Shown piece by piece: positions 37,248 through 50,517 of a stretch of DNA of 64,000 nt. The notes beneath the pieces were generated by a model. The model searched no databases. It was not told where the DNA came from and saw only the letters and a program-made list of their open reading frames with translations. The position numbers and the translations under genes were made by a program. Origin of the DNA: Octopus vulgaris (Eukaryota); assembly GCA_951406725.2 (NCBI GenBank), contig OX597814.1, forward strand, positions 192,572,001 to 192,636,000, in the 5' to 3' direction. The number at the start of each line of letters is the position of its first letter. The first letter of the stretch is position 1.

Positions 37248-39206
37248 AGTCACATCCTTTATGGATATTTATTTGGATAACCGTACTTTAACGTGCTGAA
37301 GGAACCCCCGAATTTTGGGGGCTTAAAATTTGGTAAAACGGTTTTGTATTCCATACATAAGAAACTCATATTTTTTATGCTAATTTTTAACAAAAGATTC
37401 CTTATACACGTTAAAATATAGTATATAGATTCTCAGTAATTTGAAATTAATTCCTAGCCATAATGGTCCAGAATAATTAAGGTTGATAGATCTAGGCAAA
37501 GTGAAACAAAATGGTCCTATGCCAATCAGAGAGACAGCCTTAATTATCTGTAATATACTCTATTTCTCCACACTAACCTTTAAATATTCTGCTCCGAGAT
37601 TTTACATAACCAAATATCTCTTCACTTGGTATGAAGCCACATCAATACTATTCCTTAAGTTAAGGACACGTCTTGCAAGTTAGTTGGCAAACTTGCTACT
37701 GCCATGTAAAAAGCACTCTGCACACTTAAGTGGTTGATGCTAAGAAGGGCATCCAAAGCAGATGTTGGAGCACAGTGTAATCTTTGGACTTGGATCTTCT
37801 TACATTGTCCAACCCATGCTGGCATGGAACATAGATGTTAAATAATGATGAATTAGACAGTGTGTATGCATCTGTATATATACATATATACATATACACA
37901 CATACATACTGGGCTATTGAAGAGGTTTAAGTGACTATCATCATCTCCGTTTAACGTCTGTTTTCCATGCTGGCATGGGTTGAATGGTTTGACTGAGGTC
38001 TGGAGAGCCAGCAGCTGCACCAGGCTCCAATCTGTATGCCCTTCCTAATGCCAAGCACTCCGAGTGTAGTGGGTGCTTTTTATGTGCCATTAATAAAGTG
38101 TGAGCTTTTTAGCTTATGAATCAGCCGCTTGTATGTAAAATTCACTCATTTCTCAAAGAACTGTGATTTACGGAGATTTTTGTTGTAAATTCAACTGAAT
38201 AAAATAAAATTTTTTTTAAACCCACAAATGAAATGAAAGATTTTATAATAAATGCAAACATTCTGAACATTGATATTGTAAATTAAGCTAATTCAAAGTA
38301 AAATAAAAATCAATTTTTGAGTTGCAGAAAACAAAATTGAAGACAAAACTGAATAAAGAGGAAAATTAAACTTTTATTGATTTTGTTATTTAATTTCCAT
38401 TTAACTCAAAATTCAATTTCAAATTAAGAGTTTTCTTATTCAACTCTTTCTCACTTTAAACTGAAATAAAATGTTTCATTTGAAGTCCCAAACTCAACAT
38501 ATCTAAGTGAAGAACTAAGTAGAAATGCTCATTACAGCCTAACATATATTACAAAAAAAAAATTTTTTTAACATCTATTTTATTCATATCCTAGATGCAG
38601 ACATGGCCATGTGGTAAGAAGTTTGCTTCCCAACCACATGGTTCTGGGTTCAATCCCACTGCATGGCACGTTGACCAAGTGTCTTCTTATAACCTTGGGC
38701 CAACCAAAGCCTTGCAAGTGAATTAGATAGAAACTGAAAAGAAGTGCATTGTATGCACATATATGTACGTACGTGTTTATCCGCCACCACTGCTTGATAA
38801 CCAGCGTTGGTGTGTTTATGTCCCTGTAACTCAAAAGGGACTGCTAAAATATGTACAGGCATTAAAAGAAAAAAAAAATAATGGGATCGATTCATTTGAC
38901 TAAGAATTCTTCAAGGTGGTGCCACAGCATGGCCACAATCTAATGACTGAAATGTATAGAAGTTAAGATCATTTTTGAGTTTTTCTATATAGCCAAAAGA
39001 ATGTATTAAAATAAGTGGAATAATTCCATGCATATCTGTGGAATTAACTTCTGGAATATCATGGCGCTACATAAGTGCAGGTGACTGTGGTTAAGAAGTT
39101 TGTTCCCCAACCACCTGGTTTCAGGCTCAGACCTACTACATGACACTTTGGGCAAGTGTCTTCTATAGCCCTGATAGAGTGGATTTAGTAGACAGAAACT
39201 GAAAGT

Positions 39207-39761
39207 AGGCAGCGAGCTGGCAGAAACGTTAGTACGCCGGGCGAAATGCGTAGCTGTAATTCGTCTGCCGTTACATTCTGAGTTCAAATTCCACCGAGAT
39301 CAACTTTGCCTTTCATCCTTTCAGGGTTGATATATTAAGTACCAGTTATGTACTGGGATCGATGCAATCGACTTAATCCATTTGTCTGTCCCCTCTGTGT
39401 GTAGCCCCTTGTGGGTAATAAAGAAACAGGTATTTCGTCTGCCGCTATGTTCTGAATTCAAATTCTGCCGAGGTCGACTTTGCCTTTCATCCTTTTAGGG
39501 TCGATAAATTAAGTACCAGTTATGCACTAGGGTCGATATAATCAACTTAATCCCTTTGTCTGTCCCCTCTATGTTTAGCATCTTGTGGGTAATTCATCTG
39601 CCGCTACGTTCTGAGTTCAGATTCTGCCGAGGTTGATTTTACCTTTCATCCTTTCAGGGTCGATAAATTAAGTACCAGTTACGCACTGGGGTAGATGTAA
39701 TCGACTTAATCCCTTTGTCTGTCCCCTCTATGTGTAGCCCCTTGTGGGTAGTAAAGAAATA
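39207..39761 (+). mobile_element. SINE family B tandem trimer (other copies 15548-15770, 22303-22722 dimer, 36505-36722, 48660-49108 dimer, 56535-56768 and others)
   Basis: Head ggcggcgagctggcagaaacgttag, B box GAGTTCAAATTC, core gtcgactttgcctttcatcctttcggggtcgataaattaagtacc; TSD-like agaaactgaaag flanks. Confidence 0.88.
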
Positions 39762-40354
39762 AGAAACTGAAAGAAGCATGTCATATACGTTTGTGTGTGG
39801 GTGTTATGGTTTCTTTTGTTTGTGAATGAGTATTACCATCATTGAAAAATCCATTCAAAACTTTGTGTAAAAATGCCTGGTCACAGGGAAATATTACCTT
39901 ACTTGGAAACAGGTGAAAGATGTCAACATGAAAGGTATCAGGCTGCTGTAGAAAAATTTGTCACAACAAATTCCATCCAAACACGGAAAAGTGAATGTTA
40001 ATACACATAAAATAAAAAAAAAAAACAACAGAGCAAAGTCTATTTAGAAGGTATTTATTTAAAAAAGTATCTTAATTATTGTGAGTTCATTGGAAAAAAA
40101 AAAAAAAAAGCTAGCAGCAGCAGAGAGTAAGAGAGCAAGGAAATAACAAAAACACAAACATACTTAAATGAATGTTTTCTATCAATTTACACCCACCAGC
40201 AAATTTCTCTTTTTTTTTTTTATAAGTAATTTTGTTAAGATTCCAAATTTAATCTTTGTCTGTCAGGGGGATAAAAAAAAAACCACAAAAAAAAAAAAAA
40301 ACACTGCCACCAAACCATTGTAATTAAGACTATACTCTTGTGTATAAACCTATT

Positions 40355-40660
40355 GTGGAGGCGCAATGGCCTAGTGGTTAGGGCAGCGAACTCGCGGTCG
40401 TAGGATCGCGGTTTCGATTCCCAGACCGGGCGTTGTGTGTGTTTATTGAGCGAAAACACCTTAAAGCTCCACGAGGCTCCGGCAGGGGGTGGTGATCCCT
40501 GCTGTACTCTTTCACCACACTTTCTCTCACTCTTTCTTCTGTTGGCCTGCTCGCTTAGCCAGCGGGGTGGCGTCATTCGAAGGCTAAAACAATGCGAAGC
40601 GCATTGTGACCAGCGATGTGTAGCAACATCTGATGGTCTGGTCGGTCAAGTGATCACGTG
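40355..40660 (+). mobile_element. tRNA-derived SINE (family C; other copies ~950-1227 -, 2346-2590 -, 34180-34478 -)
   Basis: Pol III A box TGGCCTAGTGG and B box GTTTCGATTCC; multiple dispersed copies; flanking ataaacctatt direct repeat (TSD). Confidence 0.88.
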
Positions 40661-42384
40661 ATAAACCTATTAGGTAAAATGGCACCTATTGTTCAAATAA
40701 GAACAATATTTATATATGAATCATTAGAACAAAATGTGTATGTGTTTTATCTTTTGGATATGTGCATATGGTCTTATATGTACAGCTTAGTTTGCATAGT
40801 TTTAGGTAGCATTAAAAGATATCTGGCAGTTAAACAATCTCCGATTTTCCGTTACCAAGATAGTATAATACAGACAACCCATGATCCAGAAGGCAACAGT
40901 AAACTATGAATGATTTTTCTTTTTTTATTCTGAAAAAGTGTGGCAGTTAGAACCAAGGGGATTGTCAGTAAAAGTATCTGGGTTCCCTGAATACACTGGT
41001 GCATGGCTTAATGAGAGAGAGAGAGGGAGAGAAAGATAGATAGGGGGAAGAGGAACATTGAGCAATCACAGTACATGGAGCATAGGCGAAGTCATGTCTG
41101 ATTTTTATATTCCTGTTCTTGCTCAATGACAGTCTCCGTATATTTTTGGCAGTGAGTGATGTGCTAACAAAGGTTGCTGCACGGAGTATATTTCAGAGAA
41201 CTGGAAAGGAGATTTTGCACCATGCTTATCAGAAAGCTGGGCAAATAAATGCCCTATGAAAGAACCTTGCCATATGAACTGTCAGAGAAAGATGAGCAAC
41301 TGTATGAAGTAGGCTTTCTAAAAGGAGAGAAAATAATCACTTTTTTAAATTATATTTTAAATATCGAAACTACCATTATTTCATTTCCAAGATGACAACT
41401 ACAATTTTTTTTTTACCCTGGTCAGCATCTCCAGCAGAGCTGATGAATCGTGTGTCTGAGTAGCAGAGGTGGTAAACATGGCGTTAAAATTTAGGAAAAA
41501 AATAGAAGAATAGCAACTAAAGTTTTTTTAAAAAGGAAAAGTTTTCCAGTTTCTGTTTCAAGAAAAGAAAAAAAAAAAAGTTACAGAAATCTTTCATTCA
41601 TATCAGAGAGAGTGTGTGTGTGTGTGTGTGTGTGGTGAGTAAGGTGAAAAGGAAAATAAAATTAACAGTGTGGGATGTATGACAGGAAGAGATATGAGGA
41701 GGAAGAAAAGGCGATAGAGCACAAGGATGGGACAGAGGAAAAAGAAGAGGAAGAAGGGAATGTAATGAGGAGAGAAAGAGAGAGAGAGATGGTGTGTGTA
41801 CTACTGAAAGCGATGAACTAAAGTGAAGATGAGGGAAGGCAAAGTGCATGAGAGCAAGATAGAGGGAGATGATGAAAGAATTTAAGAGAAAAAGCTGTCA
41901 TTGCTAAAAAAAAAAAAAAAAAATTAAAATTAAAATAAAATAAAAAGCACTTTTACACAACTAATCAACTTCATGCTTTTATTGACACAGTTTCTGGTAT
42001 TTTTTCTGAAAATATATTAAAGTATCAAGCACATATATTTCATTGTCCAAGAGGAGAGAGAAAGAGCGTATGTGTGTGTGTGTGTTTGTTTGTTTGTTTG
42101 TGGATGCATGTGCAAATTTACGAAAAATCATAAAGCAAACTCTGCTACCTAATGGTTATAGTTTGTTTCACGTCGAAACACTCCTACATGGCAGCTCATC
42201 TCTCTCTCTCCCTCCCGTTCTTTCTTTCTTTCTTCCACACATGCGCACGGACACACGGACACACACACATTTCAGGTGGCAGAGAAGACGAGATGGCTAA
42301 ATATCAAATTTAAGAGATGCTTGATGTGAAGAAATGGAATGAAAAGGAAACGAGTTCTTTTTCAGATTATTAGTCGTATAATCA

Positions 42385-42482
42385 TTATACTTTATTCTTT
42401 TGGAATGAACACTGCTGCACGCAGCTTCTCAACTGCAGGCAGCAGATGTATTTGTGAAGTGGTGGTGGTTGTAAATAAATGC
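42385..42482 (-). CDS. SUZ12: Putative alternative terminal SUZ12 exon (GIYLQPPPLHKYICCLQLRSCVQQCSFQKNKV*)
   Basis: Donor CTGG|gtatgt at 42673, branch-point-like cctaac, pyrimidine tract and ccag| acceptor at 42483 define a 191-nt intron; the frame stays open for 32 codons. Confidence 0.45.
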
Positions 42483-42662
42483 CTGGCAGTAGAAGAGATG
42501 GCAATGATGTGTTAGGATGGTTAATAATGAATCTTAAACTATAAAAGTTAAGAAGTGCTTTATGATGAAGTGGCAGTGGTCAGCAAAAGGCTTTCAACTG
42601 ATTCAAGCCTTCTCTTTTCGTCTGTTTCTTGTTTACTTCAGGTGTTCAGTGGTCGTCATCGT

Positions 42663-42864
42663 TCAATACATACCCAGTTCTTCTTTTAAGTTCTCCAACA
42701 CACTCATTGTGCGTTGCACCACCTCGGGTCCAATTAGGCTAAAATCAAACAAGTTCACCATGTGGAGCATGAAATTGCGAGTTAAGTTCTTTCTGATGAT
42801 TGCTTCTCCATGTTCTTCCATAAATGTCATGCAAGCCGTTGGTATTTGGCAATCAGCAATGTAA
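42663..42864 (-). CDS. SUZ12: SUZ12 last VEFS exon (ends at TGA if the small downstream intron is not spliced)
   Basis: ttctag|(N)YIADCQIPTACMTFMEEHGEAIIRKNLTRNFMLHMVNLFDFSLIGPEVVQRTMSVLENLKEELGMY*; phase matches the previous exon. Confidence 0.93.
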
Positions 42865-44171
42865 CTAGAAGAAACGGAGAAATGAAAATGCTCAGTGGAA
42901 ATTAATTGAGACGCAAAAGAGACAGAAACACACGTGGAATTAATCGCTTGTAGATCTCGTTGCTTTTATAAGAGTAGTCAGAAGAAAAGAGAGGCTGCGT
43001 CTGACATTTACTGGCTGTCTCTCAAACAGGCAAGATTGATGAGGATTAATGTTCTTTTCAGATTGTTAGTAGTATAATCATTATACTTTATTCTTTTGGA
43101 ATGAACACTGTTGCATGCAGTTTCTCAACTGCAGGCAGCAGATGTATTTGTGAAGTGATGGAGGTTGTAAATAAATGCCTGGCAGTAGAAGAGATGGAGA
43201 AATAAAAATGCTCAGTGGAAATTAATCAAGACGCAAAAGAAACACATGTGGAATTAATGCTTGCAGGTCTTGTTGCCTTTATAAGAGTAGGCAGAAGAAA
43301 GGAGAGGCTTCATCTGACATTGGCTGTCTCAAACAGGCAAGATTGATGTTCAGCATGTTGGGGAAGATGTAAAAAGAGAGAGTGTGTCACAGTGGTGAGA
43401 GAGGTGGGTAGAGGGGTGAAATACGTGTGGAAGAGCAGTATCGTGAGAAAGGATGATGGAGTGATCGAATATGGACAGATCAAATGGCAATTATTTGTTA
43501 CACAACATGGTACAGTAGTAAGGTTAAGTGAGCGATAGATGAGAGGGTAATGAAGAGGGCAATATCATGGAGCATTGACAGCAATACAAAAGGCAGGAGA
43601 TTCCATGCAGGATATATTAAATATCTCAATGTTCACCACCATTTCAATGTCCATTTTGGTCATGCATGCTCTGGTAGACGGAATTTGCCCACCACTGCCT
43701 GTTGCCACTCGTCACGATCCTTTGTCATCTTGAGATCAGTATTCACCATTTTGTTCCATATCTTCCTCAATCTCCCTCTTCCATAGCTTCCAACCACTTT
43801 AAGCAGCACTTGGGCTCCTTTTTTTTTTCTTATACAAGTGATATCATTCATATGCATTGCATGCCCACACCATTAGATCCTCTCGGCACATTTCTGCTGT
43901 GTTGTTCATGCACACCAGCATTACACATCCAACAGCACAAGCTTGCCTAGTTTTCCATATTCAAAGCCCATATCTTGCTATCATGCAGCATTTTGTTTCA
44001 TACTCAAGCACCATACAATCTGCTCTTTATTTTGAGAGAAACCTTTATTATTAGCAGTGGAAACAGCACCCTGAACTTTTTCTTTTCTGTTTTTACTCTG
44101 ACTACTATACTTTCAAAGAACCCATCTCCACTACTGATTAAGTTTCCCCAGTAACAAAAGATAATCAACTA

Positions 44172-44720
44172 TTGGGTTGTCCGGAAAGTTCGTGCCGATT
44201 TTTAAAGGAAAGAAAAAGGTCAATAAATACTTGCCATTACATTTTTAATCAACCAAATATGAACCACTTTTGTTGCACAATGTGTCTCCATCTTTCCCTT
44301 AACTTGAAAATACCCTCTTCCCAGAACTGAGGTGGTTTCATGGCAAAGAATTCATCAAGGTATCTTTTTACGTCATCCAAGGAATTGAAATTTTTACCGT
44401 TAAGACTATTCTGCAGAGACCTGAATAAGTGGAAATCCAAATATGGAGTGTGGGGTAACACATCCCAGCTGAGCTGCAGCAATTTTTGTCTGGTTCCCAA
44501 AGCATCAAGTGCCGAAAATGAACTTTCTTATCTTCCATTTTAAAGGGTTACAGAACTAACACAGGTTATAGGAACATAAACCTTCTTCCACAAAAAGATA
44601 GCTTAAACTCTGCTCTAAATGGAGGTGTAGTCAAATCCTATTTGATGGACTCAACCATGTTCTAAAATAAGTTGAAAGGTAAGCTGCTATAAATCGGCAT
44701 GAACTTTCCAGACAACCCAA
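44172..44720 (-). mobile_element. Internally deleted mariner element (same family as 18997-19785)
   Basis: TA|ttgggttgtccggaaagttcgtgccgattt ... aaatcggcatgaactttccagacaacccaa|TA; transposase C-terminal remnant (WDVLPH..FHLFRSLQNSL...FWEEGI..L.ERW). Confidence 0.9.
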
Positions 44721-45584
44721 TACATCCGAGAATGTGAAGAAATTTATTCTGACAGCTAACTGCTCCTTTGCACCTGCCAAATATGAAGCCCAGTTTCTCT
44801 GCCACCCTGCTTTCAATCCCACTACATCTCTTGTGTATCTGTAGGTTTCACTGAGAATTTCTAGCTATACCTTTTCTATGTATCAAGTACAGCCACTTCC
44901 CTCAAAGTAGAAGAGACTTGTTCTCTTCCTTATTCACTAAAACTTAAGTCTTTTCCTCAGTTTAACTTGAAGTCTTTCAATTCCAAGTTTTGCTTCTCTG
45001 CAAGGAATTTCTTCTCTAAATCTGCAGCAGATTCTGCGATAAGAACGAAGTTCACAAGAAATCTTACATATAGAAGATAATGTTAACTCCTTCTATGGCT
45101 GGAGGACTATAATGAATTGAATAGAGCAGACTAAGCTCAATGGTAACTGTACTTCTTTACATGGCTTGTATTTCTCTTACAACCAATTTATCTACTCCTA
45201 GCTTTTTTTTTTTTTACTGAATGCCAGATTACTGGCCTTGTGGGTTTACTCCTATCAAAGTACTTCTATAGTAGTTTTCATCGAGCATAAAAAATACCTC
45301 TTCCCAACAACACAACACCAAACTATATCTCTTGTAGGATATATATGTTTCTAATCATTTAAGTCACATGCTATTCAATAAACTACTTATTTATTTCGTT
45401 TTGGGATTAGGTTTGCAAGATTCTTTATATGAGTTCACGTGTTGAAGCATATTCTGTTGTGTCTGGAGGTAGTCATTTTCTTTTTGTGCTATATAATGTA
45501 ACACACTCACTGGTAAAATTTCCACTTATTTCTTATTTTTATTTTCCTAAAATTTTCGTTGCGTCTTGCAACCTTTTCAGTCAA

Positions 45585-45623
45585 GACTATTGAAAAAGTT
45601 ACAAGCTGCAACGAAAATTTTAG
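45585..45623 (+). ncRNA. Minimal hammerhead-like motif with U3-A8 variant core (related copies 45547-45582 on - and 31593-31631 on -)
   Basis: Family consensus cua-UUGAAAA-G-guugc-aagac-gcaac-GAAA-AU-UU-uag, with a few substitutions in this copy; lies at the centre of inverted repeat 45450-45720. Confidence 0.45.
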
Positions 45624-48600
45624 GAAAATAAAAATAAGAAATAAATGGAAATTTTACTGGTGAGTGTGTTACATTATAAGGCACAAAAAGAAAATGACTC
45701 TCCCCAGACACAACAGAATACTTATTTATTGTTTTATATAAAAATGCAATGTTCTTGAAATATTCTTATTATTATTTGCTTTATCCAAAATACTGAAACA
45801 ATAGATAATCAACATGTTCTGCTGTATTAGCTAGAAATTACTGTTCTGACATTTGATATCATGCAATAGTTCAGTATAGTTTTCTATTTCAACTTTCTCA
45901 ATTTTACTTAAAATAAATGTGCTTAAATTGTTAATGAATGTACAAAACACATTTAGAACATCCTCAACATAGCATTTGCCTCGATTACATAAAAGGTACT
46001 CAATGTCCATAACAAGTGTTGTTTACATGTTACTGATTGATCAGACATTGTTAAATGAAGAAACAGTTTAAAGACATTTCAAAATAATAAAACAATGGAT
46101 GGAGATTAATGATTGATGGATGACTGACTAATGAAACATATAATACTGTAATAGTAATGTTCCATAGCAATTTGAGTGATGACTGAGATATTAATGAAGA
46201 CTCAGCTATGTGGAGTGTGACAAGAAATGATCTTCGTGGAACACTTTTTTCTTCTTTTTCTTCTCCAAGCCACTGAATGCAACCAAATTTGTAGGCATGA
46301 TGCTTAAGTTCAGAGGAAAGGAAAACAGGATGTTATTCATAATTTTTCCCTACAGCTAACAACATAACTGAAGTAAATTGGCTCCAGAGAAAAAAATAAA
46401 CAGCAATTCCGCTATTAAGGTATCTATCTAAGAGTTCAAACCTTTGGCTTTCATTGCATGCTCTCAAGGTTTGATAACGGGGCCGAGAGAGGTAAAAAAA
46501 TAACAAAATCAAAAGCGACTAAGCTTAAAACTTAATATTTTTGAATATTTATGCAATTCTGTTACTGGTTTCAGTTAAGGGCCCTGCCATGCTGGGGCAC
46601 TGCCATCTGGGGATTCTTTTCCCCAAAACTTTCTGTACTTTTAATAATAGTGCTATATCTCAGTTTGGACAAGTTTCTTAGAAAGTGGGAAAGAAAGAGA
46701 GAGAGAGAGAGAGTCAGATACAAATATATAATTCTGTAAATATATTAGATTAAAGTCTATATAATTTACTTGTTACTTTTAAAATACTTTTAATTACTTT
46801 AAATAGTTAGGGCCCAAGTCATGTTTCCAATTGGATACCTGCAACAGCTTAGAAACTAAAGCAGGGCTTTAAAAATTTCAAAGCCAGACTTAACATTTAT
46901 CTAATTAAAATATTTTTCAATATCAGAGTTAATGCAACACTCTGTTAAAGTGAGCAATGTACCATTGTGACTGGTAAAAAAGTAAAAAAATATATATAAT
47001 ATACTTATTGATGGACATTTCCACTCATCACAAGCATGTCAGCATAAATTGTGGAGCGAGTGGATAAAATCTTGGCATTTCTATGCTTCTTGTTAAACAC
47101 TTAAAAATACTTGTATGAATTTTTCTTTTACCTATTCGATGAATAAGCTCCATTTTCCTTGCCTCTTCTCCTAAAAGAAAATAAATAAAAACAAAAAAAA
47201 ATATTAAAAATGATGGGAGCATGGATGATAAATTTATGAACTAAAAAAGGTCTCTATGTAAAGAAACCTTTCACAGTGAAAGTAACTGTGTTGTTTTGCA
47301 AACACAACTATTGAGACTTTCAAAATTTCATCATCAGGTTTGTTTTCTTTTCAACTGAATTTATTTCATTACGTATGGCATTAGGAAGGGCATCCAGCTG
47401 TAGAAACTCTGCCAGATCAAGACTGGAGCCTGGCACAGCCATCTGGTTCGCCAGTCCTCAGTCAAATTGTCCAACCCATGCTAGCATGGAAAGCAAACAT
47501 TAGATGATGATAATGATGATGATTAGTCGGAACTGTATCTTCAGCCGAGTTGTTGCTCTCTTCTACATTTCAGCTGTGTGTGTATGTTTCAGCCTTCTTC
47601 AGGTATCCTGTAACTCACCTGGGACTGAACTCAACTTCTGGGTGACTGCACTGCATCAACTAGCACCTTGTTCCATTATGCTATACCCATAGTGCAGTGC
47701 AGTCACTTAGACGTTTTGAGTTCAATACCCAGGCAAGACTGGATCATAAACAGCTGAAACGTAGTGAAAGCACCAATCAAGATGAGGACACCACTGACCA
47801 ATACGTAATATAAAAATTCCTCATTTCAGAAATATTGAAATGAATTTATTTATTTTACATATCACAGGCATGGCTGTGTGGTTAAGAAGCTTGCTTCTCA
47901 ATCATGTGGCCTTGGGTTCAGTCCCACTGTACAGCACCCTAGGCAAATGTCTTCTACTATAGCTGTGGGCTGACCAAAGCCTTGTGAGTGGATTTGGTAA
48001 AAAGCAAGGTTGTTTGTATCCAGTCTTCTGTGAAGAACATGCCTGGCCATGGGGAAATTTTACCTTGCTTGGAAACCCACGAGGGTTGGCAAAAGAAGTG
48101 CATCCAGCTGTAGAAAATCTGCCTCAACAAATTTCGTCTGTACCATGCCAGCATGGAGAAGTAGATGTTAAATGAAGATGATGATTTCATGTTAGCTGTA
48201 CACATATTATAATATAGTTAAATACTGTAAAGTGGTTGGTGATAGAAAAGGTACCCTGCTGTAAAAAAAAACATGCAAAAAACTTTGACACACACAATGA
48301 AGGTAACTCGTTTTCTCTGAAGAAAGACCGTGACGAGTGACAAAACTCTATGTGACCTACCCGAAGCAAGCCAGCGTGGAAAAGCAGATATAAAAATCAT
48401 GACAATGGTTATTGTATGATCAAAAAGCATGAAAATAGGGTTTATAATTCAAAGTAGAAATGATTCTACATGAGAAATTATATAAAACGCATAAAAATAT
48501 TTAACTGTTAATAATTAGGATTTAATAAAAATATGACATGTTAATTACTGATTTCAAAAATTAAGGGAAAAAAAAATTAAAAAAACCTTGTTGAAATATT

Positions 48601-49643
48601 CAGGAAACTAGCTGGCATAAAGTCACTTTAACCTTTTAGCATTTAAATTGGTCATATCTCATTTCTTTACTGCCCACAAGGGGCTAAACACAGAGAGGAC
48701 AAACAAGGACAGACAAACGGATTAAGTCAATTACATCGACCCCAGTGCGTAACTAGTGCTTAATTTATCGACCCCAAAAGGATGAAAGGCAAAGTCGACC
48801 TCGAAGGAATTTGAACTCAGAACGTAACGGCAGACGAAATACGGCTACACATTTCGCCCGGCATGCTAACATTTCTTATTTCTTTATTGCCCACAAGGGG
48901 CTAAACATAGAGGGGACAAACAAAGACAGACAAACTGATTAAGTCAATTACATCGATCCCAGCGCGTATCTGGTACTTAATTTATCAATCCTGAAAGGAT
49001 GAAAGGTAAAGTCAACCTCGAAGGAATTTGAACTCAGAACATAACGACAGACGAAATACCGGTAAGCATTTCACCCGACGTACTAACGTTTCTGCCAGCT
49101 CACCGCCTTTAAACCGGTCATATCTGGCTCAAATATTCTATTTGCTTTATGTTTGAACAAACCAGTTCTGACCTCTCACACTGACACTACAATGTCATTC
49201 TAAAAATATACAATCACATCATTGAAATTTCAAAGCTGCAAGATGATAGAGGATTAATCCAAAACAATATGAATAAATAAGCATTACATTTGACAGAATA
49301 ATCTAAATACTTAAGGGTTAATGATCAATGCATGCTACACATGTAATAAATAGATTCGCTAAATATCATCTTTAAGCTAAGTTTAATTATTAGACCATTA
49401 CTTTTAGCTTTGTCTGCCAATTACTTTAGGGAATGTACACAAAATTTTAAATGACAAAAATAAAAAGTTACCAATGCCTTTTGGTTGCTTAAATTCACGA
49501 ATGCAATAGCATTTGTTTGTGTTTGTTTACAACAAAATGTATTATTACAAGAGGTATTCAAATACAATGTAGCAAACAGAGTGAACAATGATGGAGTTGA
49601 AGAATTGCTTACGTAAAACTGGGGGAAATAAGTTGAATACATA

Positions 49644-50517
49644 CAAAGTCTGATCAATAAGTATCCGGACTGTTGCCGTAGTAACGAAACTAAAGCACAG
49701 AGTGAAGCTGCCTGACAAAAATTGACCTTGAACTCTGCAGCGCATGTGCACTAAATTTTAATGTTTTAGCTCACTTCTGCTGTTTACAGCAGTGCTTGGA
49801 AGGAAGGTGTGTAGCATGTGATCATCACATTGACCATGACAGAGAAAGTTGTCATGGAGATACCTGCTCAGAGGCCTATGTAAAGTTGCATAAAGCATAT
49901 GGAGAAGAGTGTATGAGCCACACACAAGTATACAAGTGGTTCAGAATTTTCAAGATGGCCAAATAAATGTCGATATTGACGAACGTTGTGGGAGACCGCA
50001 ACCAGCAGAACTGAGAAATACATCGCAGATGTACATGCAGCTGTGAGGGGAAATTGTTGAACCACGATCCGTGAGTTATCAGATGTGCAGATTAGTTATG
50101 GTTCAGTTTCAGTCCGTTATCACTGAAGATTCAGGGATGAGACATGTGGATGCCAAGTTTGTGCCAAAACTCCTTTCAGCTGACCAAAAAGACACTCGGG
50201 TTTCAGTTGCACAAAATCTCCACAATTGTGTCGAGAATGGTGAAAACATTTTGGAAACTTTGCTTAGGCCTCTGAGCAGGTATCGCCAAGCTTTTGGCAA
50301 AATTTGATGCAGATTCTCTGCTCGGTCAATGCGACGATCACATGCTACACACCTTCCTTCCAAGCACTGCTGTAAACAACAGAAGTGAGCTACAACATTA
50401 AAACTCAGTGTGAATGCACAGCAGAGTGCAAGGTCAATCTGTGTCAAACGGCTTCACTCCGTGTGCTTTAGCTTCGTTACTATGGCAACAGTCCAGATAC
50501 TTATTGATTAGACCACG
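49644..50517 (+). mobile_element. Deleted mariner-family element with long (~200 bp) terminal inverted repeats
   Basis: Ends gtctgatcaataagtatccggactgttgcc and ggcaacagtccagatacttattgattagac; remnant YGEECMS..QVYKWF and MRHVDAKFVPKLLSADQK (WVPHEL-like). Confidence 0.8.

Noticed and set aside
40355-40430. tRNA gene
   Set aside because: A and B boxes are present but run directly into a SINE body with dispersed copies; no proper cloverleaf acceptor stem.
42562-42864. 100-aa ORF on + strand
   Set aside because: Antisense shadow of the SUZ12 terminal exon.
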